From assembly GCF_000002865.3 (NCBI RefSeq), contig NW_001865087.1, positions 88,269 through 133,578 of the forward strand: DNA of 45,310 nucleotides, written 5' to 3'. The position numbers and the translations under genes are program-made. The notes beneath the pieces are model-generated. The model saw only the letters and a list, made by a program, of their open reading frames with translations. It made no database searches and was not told the DNA's origin. Position 1 is the stretch's first letter; each line of letters starts with the position of its first letter. Of the stretch, positions 12,217-22,779 are shown piece by piece. Source of the stretch: Monosiga brevicollis MX1 (lineage: Eukaryota).

Positions 12217-14915
12217 ATGGGTCTCCTTGATACCGGCAGCCACCGCCCGGGTCGGCCCAACGGCGAGCAGGCCGAGGCCATGCGTCGAAAGAGCTCTATG
12301 TCATATGCCATTGATCTATCTGCCAGCTCAGCCTCCCGCCTCACCTCCACCCGCCCCACTACCCTGCGCTTCCAAAACATCCGCTGGACCGTCAAAACCT
12401 CAAGTGGTGATAAGGAACTCCTCCATGGCATCACCGGTGAAGTCAAGCCGGGCGAAGTCCTTGCCATCATGGGTCCGTCTCCCCCCTATCGGCCAGGCCA
12501 CAGCATCGCCCGTGACCTCTTACGCCCTCGCCCTTACCCTCGCCCTCGCACCCACTCCTCCCCTGCATACTAGGTCCGTCCGGAGCTGGTAAAACGTCAC
12601 TCATCCAAATGCTCTGCGGACGCGAACGCCACGATGAACTCCCCGATTCAGGCATCACCCTCAACGGCCATCCCCTTGACAAACGCCAGCGACGACGCAT
12701 CTCCTACGTCATGCAAAATGACGTCCTCCTGAGCAACCTCACCGTCTACGAAACGCTCAAATATGCCGCCCTCCTCCGTCTCCCCGGTCACTATACCCAT
12801 CAGGAAAAAATGCAGTGCGTCGAAGACGTCATCGACGCCCTCGGCCTACGACATGCCACTGAAACCATCATCGGCAATAACGTTCGCCGCGGCGTCTCCG
12901 GTGGCGAGAAAAAGCGCGTCAACATTGGCGTCGAACTCATGGCCGACCCCGCCGTCATGATCCTCGACGGTATGCCCATGTCCAGCAACACCCACTCCAT
13001 CCCTGTGCCCGGACCTCACTCACAGCCCAACCTCAACCCCAATAGAGCCCACCTCTGGCCTGGACTCGAGCACGGCCCTTCATCTCATTGGCCTCCTCCG
13101 CAAGCTTGCAACCAACCAGCAACGCACCGTACGTTTCAGCCGCGGGGAAGAGAGAGAAGAACAGGAACTAGAAAAAAACAAAAGCATCGCTGGCTCCATG
13201 ATGGCCATCTCACGCATTGCTACCCGACCACTAGATTGTTGCAAGTTTGCATCAACCATCATCCCAGCTGTTTGCGCACATGGACAAGTTGCTCCTTTTG
13301 GCCAAGGGCGATGTCGCCTACTTTGGTCCTGCCAACGCCGCCACCGCCTATTTCCGCCAGGCTAACATGCCGTGCCCCCCCGAGTTCAATCCTTCCGACT
13401 ACTTTCTTGATGTCTTGACCGACCCTGAACGCCGTCAACGCGCCGTCGACTTTTACAATAGCAAGCAATTTGTGCCTCCCAAAGCTGGCAAAGAGATCTC
13501 CGGGCCTCGCATCCTTGACCTTGATGCTTCCCTCAGCGAGTCGTCCCTGGACTCTGCCCCCGCGCCAGTCACAAGTGCTTCATTGCCCTTGCCTCTGGGT
13601 GGCGGTGATGGTAATGATGATGAATTGGCCGGCGATCGCTGGCCCATCGGCTGGTGGGCTCAAACTAAAATTCTCATGTCCCGCTCCTTCAAGCAAAGCA
13701 AGGGTGAATTCTGGACTTGGATCAACTTTTGCCAGGGCGTTGTCATTTCCGTCGTCGTGGCGGCCCTCTGGTGGCAAACCCCAGAGCGCGAGGTAACATC
13801 TTGATCATTTTGAACAGCCGACCCTCAACCCATAAAGCGCTAAAACTGAAAAACCCGATGCACCAACTTGGACTCACCGTGTTTGTATACCCCCGCTTGC
13901 AGTCCCGCCTGCAGGATCGCGTCGGGTATTCGTTCTTCGGGCTAGTGTACTGGTCCTTTCAGATGCTTTTCTTGGCCACCCAAGTCTTCCCGAGCGAGCG
14001 TGACGTGCTTACCAAAGAGCGTGCCTCGGGATCATATCGTCTCTCGGCCTACGTCGTTGCCAAGTCGATTAGTGAGCTGCCGTTACTTGTGGCCCTCCCC
14101 ACCTTCTTCTTCGTTGTCACCTACTGGAGTGTTGGCCTCGAAGGCGGCTACCGTGCTCTCTTTGCTTGGATGATCCTACTTCTCTGCTCCTTTACCACGT
14201 CAAGCATTGGTCTCTTTTTGGGTGCCAGCGTCCTCAACGGCAAGCGTGCTGCAACGGCTGCTACCGTTTTCATGCTCACATCCATGCTTCTGGGCGGATT
14301 TTACGTTCAGTACCCGCCCCCAGGCCTTGAGTGGGCCAAATACCTCTCCCTGATCAAATACGGGTATGTCATTCCTTCCTTATGCACACGCCCGTGCTTC
14401 AAACCGGCGGCGAGTGGTGCCGTGCCGCACGGCCTCATCAAACCGACCGCTTTCATGATGGCGCCACCCATGTATAGGTACCATTCTCTTTTGGCGTTGG
14501 AGCTTGACCAGTCTGACTTGTTCTTTACATGCGATGTTGAATCCTCCGCTTACGATGTGAGTGGCTGGTTGCCTCCCCTCAGGAAATGGTTGCATGTGCC
14601 ATGATCCTCATTCCACCCTTCCAACATTCTATAGGCGTGCAATGATCCACTTACGCGCGCACAGGGCATCCCCGCTCGCGATGTGCTCGCCCAATATGAC
14701 GTATGTTCACCTCCCTTTTTTTGCTTCTTTGTTTGTGTTATTTGTGTTGATTTTCCTGGGCACCTTCTGGCCTTGCTGACCATTCCTTGCCTTCTCTGCG
14801 CCAGGTGGACGACCGAGTCTGGCTCAACGTGATTGCTCTCATCCTTTTTGCCCTCTTCTTCCGTATTGCGGCCTATCTAAGCCTCAAATACCTGCTGTTC
14901 CGCCATTCAAGCTGA
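12217..14915 (+). CDS. ABCG (White-like) half-size ABC transporter, NBD-TMD order, multi-exon
   Basis: Walker A MGPSGAGKT (split by intron 12473-12573), YVMQNDVL Q-loop, VSGGEKKRVNIG signature, MILDEPTSGLDS Walker B/D-loop, HQPSS H-loop, ERASGSYRLSAY and six hydrophobic segments, ending FRIAAYLSLKYLLFRHSS*. Confidence 0.95.
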
Positions 14916-15472
14916 ATCTGACAGCATGTTTTCTCATTCCGCATCGCTTTCCTCTCCTCCTTTCTTTCTCGTCTGGAGTTTTACTTGGAGTTATTTGGCC
15001 TGCGCGGTCCGACAGCTGTGCTGTCTCTCTCGTGCCCGTGCTTGCCTTTACTGACCTTCGTTCTTGACCCCGTTCTTCGAATTGACCTTCCTTGTTGACC
15101 TTCCATTCTGATGGATTCTCGACTTTTTACGTCAAGCCCAGTTCTGACTCGCAAACTCTTGGAAAACCTCAGGGTGGGCGCAGTTCCGCGTGAGCTTGAA
15201 TTTTTCTGACTGTCTGGTAGTAGAAAGACGCGCATAGAAACACTAAGTTTCCTCGCAACAGGTCAGGGGCCAGTTTTTGGCGCCCAAACACAGCACGTCG
15301 TACATTTGCCACAGGCACATACTCTAAACAGATTTGTGGACAGTAACAAGAGCATGGCCCTGCACAAGAAGAACGAAAACCGATAAGGGATAAAACACGA
15401 CTCGCCCAAAGGGCGCATCGCTTGGGTGTGGCAGAGCACACATGAATCAAGAGGACACAACCATAATGTGCT

Positions 15473-15519
15473 CAAGCACATACAAGCACATACAAGCACA
15501 TACAAGCACATACAAGCAG
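15473..15519 (+). repeat. 10-bp tandem repeat (CAAGCACATA) x about 5
   Basis: Direct reading, in the convergent ABCG/PLK1 3' interval. Confidence 0.9.
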
Positions 15520-15694
15520 ACGTTCATACACACTGACAGTGCACACAAGGGAAACGGCACGGGCAACGGCAAGTTGGCGAAAATGAAAGGACAACAAGGA
15601 CAGCTGTGCCGCAGTACTCTGCTGCATACGCTTTGCAGAGAGTCTGCAACGCGGCAATCTGGTCACAACCATCAAAGGCATGACGCAAGCAACC

Positions 15695-18637
15695 CTATGC
15701 GCGCTGGGGGCTGGATTGCCGGCTCTTGCTCAACATGTGGTTGATAACGTCGGTGGCGTAGGACAGGCGGGCCACGAGGACATCAATGCTGGCATGCTTG
15801 CTGCGGCTGATCTCATCGAGGGTGTAAACGCGCGTTTCGCCCTCCGTGTCGATGAAGGCAACTGTATCGCGTGGACCGTTGACCACGACCTTGGTATGAT
15901 CAAAAAAGTTGATTTGGACAATGCCAATGTTGAGGCGAAACACAATGGCATGCTTGGTGCGAAGCCACTTCTTCACAAATGGCATGTCCGTCGTCTGCGC
16001 CGAGGCCTTGGCCAGTGCCGCGGGACCCTAATGGAGTTTCAACAAAAACCCCCGGTGCGTGAGAGTGTGCCGACGGGCGATTATGATCGCAACAGGATCA
16101 GACCAAAGCATGTGCCCCTGGGGGCAAGGAGTTCGCCGCAAGCCAGGCCGAAGTAATTGTCTTACGTCCTGCAAGTTGTCACGCATGTAATCGCGAAAGT
16201 ACTTGAGAAGAGCGATCTTCTTGGTCATGTCATCGGGGAAAGAATCCAGGGTCATGGCCGTCGTGGCTCCGCCCTTGCGCTCACGATTTGTAAACTCAAC
16301 GTGACTAAAAACGTAAAACGCGAGGCAAAGACGGGCGGCAGGAGCAAGGATATTAGGGAATTGGTGCAAAACGAGTCTGTTGCAGGTCTGTGTGGCCTCG
16401 GCATGATGCAAAACGGAACGCACTGGAGATCGGAGGAGAGCACCATCTTTGTGTTATCGTTGAAGAGGACGCCAACACTGTCGTCAGAGAGCTGGTAGCC
16501 CAAGCCATACTTGTACGAGTAATCGATCCATTTGGTCACGGCATAGCCGGCCTTGGCCTCGGGGGCAGGGGCCTCCATGGGCTCGCGATACGAGGCGGCA
16601 GCTTGCAGGGCCGTCACTTGTGAAAGGCGCGTGTAAAGGGCCTGCAGGTTGTCGTTTGCAGCTCGCGGGGTGGTCGAGGGAGTTGTGGTCGAAGTGGCGG
16701 CGACAGATGCTACGCGGTGTGTTTGAGTGGGTGCAACGGTCTTGGGGTGGGGATCGGTGCTGCGCATGTCGATGACCTTTGGCGCAGGCTTGCTGATATG
16801 GCGGGCATCCTCGCGGTTGGTGTTGAGTGATCCAAGGGGGGCGCGGCCGCTAGGGACGAGGCTCTCGGCATGAATCTTAGCACCCACTGAAGTGGTGGTG
16901 ACGGGGTTCTCCAAGTTGGTGTGAGCCGAGCCGGGCTGGGCGCGGTAGGTGGCCGCGGGGCGCACCTGGCCAGGGATGCCGGCAAAGTCTGGAGTCATGT
17001 GCAGGGCCTTGATGGGCATGCGCTGAGGGATGTACGCGCTGCCTGCCAAGAAGGGATGGCGCATAATCTCCTCGCAGTTGGGTCGGCACTTGGGGTCACG
17101 GTGCAGCAACATGCGAATCAGGTCGACAGCCTCGGGGCTGATCTGAAGGGTAGAAGGAAAGCTGTAGTCGTTGCGCTTAATTTTGCTGTACGTAGTCTTG
17201 ATGTCACGTGTTTCAAAGGGAGGGCGGCCCACGATCATGGTGTAGAGGATGCAGCCGATGGACCAAATGTCCACCTCAAAGCTGTGTCCCGAGTCCTTGC
17301 CCTCGAGAATCTCGGGGGCAATGTAGTTGGGGGTACCGCAGAGCGTGCGTTTGCGTTCGCCATCATGGGTCAGGGCGGTGGCCAGGCCAAAGTCGCCGAC
17401 CTTGACCTGCATCTCTTCGTTGAGGAAGAGGTTGCCCAGCTTGAGGTCACGGTGGATGACTCGGCGTGCGTGCATGTGGGCTGTGGCTTCGACAATCTAT
17501 GCGGAGCGGTGTCCACCACGGAAAGGAAATCAGTTTGATGAAGAACGCAAGCAAAGGGGGAGTGAGCAGAGTGGCAACGGCTGTGTGGACACACCTGAAG
17601 CAGGAACCAGCGAGCCTCGATTTCCGACATGCCACGGCGGCGCTTGTGCAGCTCCATCATTGACTGAAATGAAGAAAAAGGTCGTGAGGGAACTCAGCAC
17701 GCGCCGGTGTGTGTGTGGGGAACGATGGACATATATGACCAGTGCATTTTCGCAGGCAGCGTAACGGGCAAGAACGAACGAGGATGTGTCGAAGGAGCAT
17801 ACCTGGTTGGAGCAGATCTCGAGCAAGATATAGACGTTGTGTTCATCTTCAAAGTAGCTGTGGAAGCCGACAATGTACTTGTGGGTGAGCGAGCGGTGAA
17901 TCTGGATTTCGCTTTTCAGCTAGATGGGGCGGGCAGACCGATGGTGAGAATGGCCGTGCACAGTCGATGTGGGAAGCGCGACGGTGTTATTTTTCTCGAG
18001 GACTGCACGATGCGCTTGCATGGTGGTCCTTTTTCCTCCCTCCCTCTCTTTTATTGCGTTTATTTCCTGGCGTGAATGCTGTTTGCGACGGGCAGGGCAG
18101 GCGCACTTTTTCTTTGGCACGGTGCTTGCTGAGGGAGGATTTGGCCACGATCTTGCCGGCATAGACACGCTTGGTCATGCTATCGGTGAGCTTGTAGCAT
18201 TGGGCAAAGCCACCCTGAAGAAAACCGGACGAAACGGACCAAGGGCATGAGAGTTGCATTTGCAGCGCGGCGTGCAAAGCGCACGAGAAGCAGGTAGGGC
18301 AGCGGCAGGCACGAGTCTGTTTGGCTTCCTCTGGCTTCTCAAGTGACTGAGTTGATGTGTTTGAATGTAGATGTATTGCCCTTGAGCAGCCGCTGTAGGC
18401 GCGGCTGGGCCTTTGCAACCTGTTGGTTGTTTCGATGGGTGCTGGAGGGAGGAAGAGAGGGGAACACACCTTGCCAAGGAAGCTACCGCGAATGTACTTT
18501 GCGCCGGTGGCGGAATCCTCAATGATGGAAGGGATGCTTGACGATGAAAAGCGGGAGCTGGAGCTGGAGGCTCGGCTTCCGGTGGTCACGGGTCGTCGCC
18601 CGTAGGCCGCGCTGCGCGCGGGCATGGCAGTCGCCAT
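15695..18637 (-). CDS. PLK1: Polo-like kinase (PLK1 type) with two polo boxes, multi-exon
   Basis: FLGK|GGFAQCY, YAGKIVAK, HRDLKLGNLFL, VGDFGLAT, RKRTLCGTPNYIAPE; polo box 1 VTKWIDYSYKYGLGYQLSD; polo box 2 KKWLRTKHAIVFRL..QINFFDHTK. Confidence 0.97.
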
Positions 18638-19066
18638 CTTGGAAATAAAATTCTTAGAGAGTCTTGGACACGGGGGGCCTGTCAAGCGCTGCGCGGCAAA
18701 GCATGGATCGTGAGCGAGGCCGACGACCGTGGTAGATGGCAACTGTAGGATCAACGCAGAGCGATCGGGTCGGCAAGACGCAGGCTGCTGAGAGGGAAAC
18801 AGGAGGGAGGAGGAGGCTTACTCTTGAGCCGCGAAAATGGCGGCAGCGACGCTGAGGAAAGCGGCCCACACCAGTTTGGCAGACAACAGGGCAACGATAA
18901 CCTCACGAGAGCACGGGCCAGCTGCGCGCGCAACCAGAGAAAGCAACAAGCCCAGTTGCCAAATCAAAAACCGAATATCAAGCCACGCACAGACGTGAAG
19001 GAAAGAAGCGGGCAAGGTCAAGGTCAGGGCGGGGGAGAAATGGAAGACCTGCGAGCGAGCGCACGC

Positions 19067-19068
<2 letters not shown>

Positions 19069-19097
<29 letters not shown>
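19069..19097 (-). repeat. (GA)n tract (CT on the PLK1 sense strand)
   Basis: Direct reading. Confidence 0.95.
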
Positions 19098-19101
<4 letters not shown>

Positions 19102-19135
19102 TTTTTTGAGAATTTTGAGGATTGAACATCCAGAT

Positions 19136-19155
19136 TTCGAATATTGGCGCCAAAA
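19136..19155 (-). promoter_or_regulatory. Candidate E2F/CDE + 4-nt spacer + CHR (DREAM/MuvB) element upstream of PLK1
   Basis: Minus strand reads TTTTGGCGCC-AATA-TTCGAA: an E2F-type site, an exact 4-nt spacer and a TTYRAA-type CHR, about 500 nt upstream of the PLK1 ATG. Confidence 0.55.
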
Positions 19156-19319
19156 AAAGATCAAAGCCTTTGGCCTTAATTTCAATGCTACAACTATTGC
19201 AAAGCTACAGGCCGCAGATCATTGTCAGACGATATTGGCTGACGACGAATGCAGTGAGACATTGATTGAACCCCCTTCACACTTCTCTGAAACCTTTACT
19301 ATAAAATCAATCCCCTTTG

Positions 19320-19536
19320 TCTCTCTCTTCTCTCTTCTTCTATTTCTCTCTTCTCTCTTCTTCCCTCTCTCTCTTCTCTTTCTCTCTTCTCTCTCTCTCT
19401 TCTCTCTCTCTCTCTTCTCAAACTCTCTCAAACTCTCTCTCAAACTCTCTCTCAAACTCTCTCTCAAACTCTCTCTCAAACTCTCTCTCTCTCTCAAACT
19501 CTCTCTCAAACTCTCTCAAACTCTCTCTCTCTCTCT

Positions 19537-19598
<62 letters not shown>

Positions 19599-19621
19599 GT
19601 CTCTCTCTCTCTCTCTCTCTC
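19320..19621 (+). repeat. Compound CT tract with (CTCTCTCTCAAA)n units upstream of PINX1
   Basis: About 10 CTCTCAAA-containing units at 19416-19545 embedded in (CT)n. Confidence 0.93.
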
Positions 19622-19676
19622 CACGTGGAACACCACACACAACACACACAGCGACATTTTCGCGAGGACGAGGACG

Positions 19677-21327
19677 ATGGCGTTGGCGGAGCGTCGGGAC
19701 CGGAGCAAGTACAAGTATGGCAGCGACCCGCGCGGTGCGACGTGGTCGAATGGTACGTTGACAAACGCAATGTTGTAACAGAGGCAAAGTGGTTGGGGCT
19801 GGAGATCACCCTGGTCGTGGGTGGCGCGCTTGAAAATCGCCTGACACCCTCACGGCGCACCCTTGCCCTGTGGTGTATCTGTGGCATCATCTCGTCCCGT
19901 CGTCTAGACCAATCCAAGTTTGGATACAAGTACTTGCAGCGCATGGGCTGGTCCGATGGCCAAGGTTTAGGTCGGGATCAGAACGGCATTACCAAGCACG
20001 TCTCGGTTCGCAAGAAAAACAACTCGCTCGGTACGGAGAGATGGCGCGGTCGCCAAGCTGACCTCTGTTTCGTTCCGCCCTCCACATACACCGCTTTTTG
20101 GGTTGTGTTTTCCAAAATGACTGCACATGAATAACGTACGCCGAGCCTTTCTCCTCACCTGGCTTTGCGGTCTGCGTCGGGCTTTAGGCATTGGTGCCGA
20201 TGCCAATACAGACTACAATTGGCTCGCCACTCAAGACGCCTTCTCCGAAGTCCTGGCCGGTCTGAACGACGAAATTTGTACGTGGCCCTCTACCCTATGG
20301 GATTCACGTAACTGTCAATAACAACGCTCTTGAAACGCCCCAAGGCCCCCATCCCTGACTTTTCATGTTCTGGCCCTTGTCTCCTTAAGCGGGCAAGAAG
20401 ACGGTTGATGAACAACAAGATGAGCCAAAGGGCTCGCAGCGTCAAAAATATGTCAACCGCCGCGCCCGAGCACTGTATGGGCGTTTTCAAAAGAGCAAGG
20501 ACCTTTCCAAGTATTCGTCAGAAGATCTGCAGTGCATTTTTGGCGAGCAGGAGCGCCGCCCAGATCGCTTTAAGGAAGAGCCCTCTTCCGCCAAAGAAGA
20601 AGGCGATACCACCCCCGACGTGGTTCGTGATGCCTGGTCCCTCTCCCCCTCCATCCCCTCTCCATCCCCTCTCCATCCCCTCTCCATCCCCTCTCCATCT
20701 CCTATTGGCGGCTGTAGGCTCACCACTCCTTTGTTGTTGTTCCACATCTTCAGGATACCGACACTGGCGTCAAAACCTTGACGCAAGCCGTCAGCATTGG
20801 TGACTACTTTGCTGCCAAACTTGCTGGTATGTCCCCTTGCCCCTTGTTCCTTTTCTTCTTCCGTTCGTTCTTTTCCAGGTCCTTTGATGGCTTACCTTGG
20901 ACTTTTCGTCATGGCTCGTCATTGCGCAGCCAAGCGTCTGGCTGCTGCCGGTGGAGCCCCTGCGTCGGCCAGCGCGGTCACGCCAGACTCCGAGGCCAAC
21001 AGCCCCTTTCCCGCCTCCGACGCCAGTGAAAGCAGTGAGGCCGCTCAAGGTCAAGAAGAGGAGCAGCCCAAGAAGAAAAAGGCCAAAAAGTCCAAGAAGG
21101 AGTCCAAGAAGGAGTCCAAGAAGGAGTCCAAGAAGGAGTCCAAGAAGGAGTCCAAAAAGAGCAAAAAGAACAAGCGTGCCAAGGCGGATAGCGACGAGGA
21201 CGACTCTGAGACAGCTGAAAAGGCCGCCAAGCGCGTCAAGGCCGCTGATGACCAACCAGACGCCAAGAAAAAGAGCAAGAAATCGAAAAAGGACAAGTCT
21301 ATGAAGAAGAAAAAGTCCAAGGCCTAG
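19677..21327 (+). CDS. PINX1: PinX1/Pxr1 (Gno1) G-patch protein with KKE/S-rich tail, multi-exon
   Basis: MALAERRDRSKYKYGSDPRGATWSN|DQSKFGYKYLQRMGWSDGQGLGRDQNGITKHVSVRKKNNSLGIGA..NWLATQDAFSEVLAGLN matches the PinX1 N-terminus and G-patch. Lys-rich C-terminus with tandem KKES repeats. Confidence 0.93.
20640..20700 (+). repeat. 11-bp tandem repeat (CCATCCCCTCT) in a PINX1 intron
   Basis: Direct reading. Confidence 0.85.
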
Positions 21328-22211
21328 TCCAACTCCAGTCTCTTCTCGACGCGTGGCGTTGACTCGCGATCTTACATCGCCGTTCCGCACGGGGTGTGCT
21401 CTTTTGCCTGCCTGTGTCTTCTTGGTCAGCCCAATGTGTGTGGGCTTTGTATTGCATTCGTATGCAACTTGGCATCTGAGATGCTGTCCCCGGTGCTCTC
21501 GCCCTTTTTTGCCTCCTTGGGCACAGGCGTTGATTGCGAGAGCTACCATTGTTCTTGTCGTCGCGATTGTAGCCGTGAGTGGCGGTCCTGTTTTATCTCA
21601 AGCCGCCGAGAGTTGTGCCGCAGTGATCTGCACGGCGTTGGGCTCTTGTTTCCAGCCCAACCTCAAGTCATGATGCTGCCCTCAAAATTTACATCCAAAG
21701 TGTTCGACTTGTCACCTTGTGAACTGTGTGCAAATGTTTGTCAAAGTCGCGCGGCGCTGATTCGACGCGAACACTTCTTCATGGCGCCGTTGGCCAGGCA
21801 AAACAAACGAAACCACCACCACCACCACCACCACCACTAACACCCCCCCCCCCCCCAAAAAAAAAAAGCACTGCCAGCTCCAAAAAAAAACACCCCTCAT
21901 ATTTTTGGTGTATTTCGTAATAATTTTGCTCGAATTTTACTCGAATTTTACTCTTTCATGTTGTTTTGTTGGTGGTGTCATTCCTGTGCAAAGGGCAGCG
22001 AGAAGTGTAGTTGGCTGTTTGTAGGAGAGCGTCTGGTACGTTTCTTGATGCTTACAGCACCGGCAGTTGTGCTTTCAACACCGATAATTATACTTGGCTC
22101 GCGCTGTAACGCCAGCTGACACTTGTACGCTCGACTAACTAGCGCTTGCTCCTTGCCACAGCATTGAAACGAGAGCGAAAGGAATGGCAGAGGTAGCCCG
22201 GAGGAGGAGTT

Positions 22212-22251
22212 GATGACTCATGGCCGCGATGACTCATGGCCGTTGAATCAT
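22212..22251. promoter_or_regulatory. Tandem AP-1/GCN4-type sites (ATGACTCAT x2 plus TGAATCA)
   Basis: GATGACTCATGGCCG is duplicated, giving perfect ATGACTCAT at 22213-22221 and 22229-22237. Confidence 0.35.
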
Positions 22252-22779
22252 TTCAGCTCGACATGCAAGCAATTTGGGTCAGCAACAGCACACGGGACTG
22301 AATGCAGGTGCTCGACTCTGCCCCGGGCCTGCCTGCTTTCTCTTGATCCCTTGGCGCACAACGATAGGATGGGCACAGCAGTAGGCAAAAGAGATTAAAT
22401 TTGAAATCATTCGGACGAAAGAAGAAAGACACCCATCACCATCACACCCACGTCAACATCTCATGTCTTGCGGATGATGGACAGCACACAGTGCTTGCGG
22501 AGCATCACGCGGTACTAACCAGACGCCAAGGTCTTGACGCTGGCAGTGCTCAACGTGAAGCTCGCGGTGAAACTCGGAGGAAAAGACGAAAGATATATGT
22601 ACATGCTCATTTTGGTCCAGAGAGAAAAGAGAGAAAGGGAGGGAGAGAAAGCCTGGCATCACTGTCTTGAGCGGTTGAGGCAACTTGAGTACGCCCTGCA
22701 GCCCCTTGCCAAGGTGTGCTCGGGATCGGGCTGCCTACTCTCGACTCCTGATTCTTGCCCACGCCAAAGCGCGCCATGA

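Noticed and set aside
19416..19545. Short-unit arrays as CRISPR or telomeric repeats
   Set aside because: No unique spacers, no cas genes, and the unit is not TTAGGG-like.
18824..20134. 436-aa ORF, and other SLSLSL, ERERER or THTHTH ORFs
   Set aside because: Read-through of stop-free microsatellites; only the G-patch exon portion is real coding sequence.
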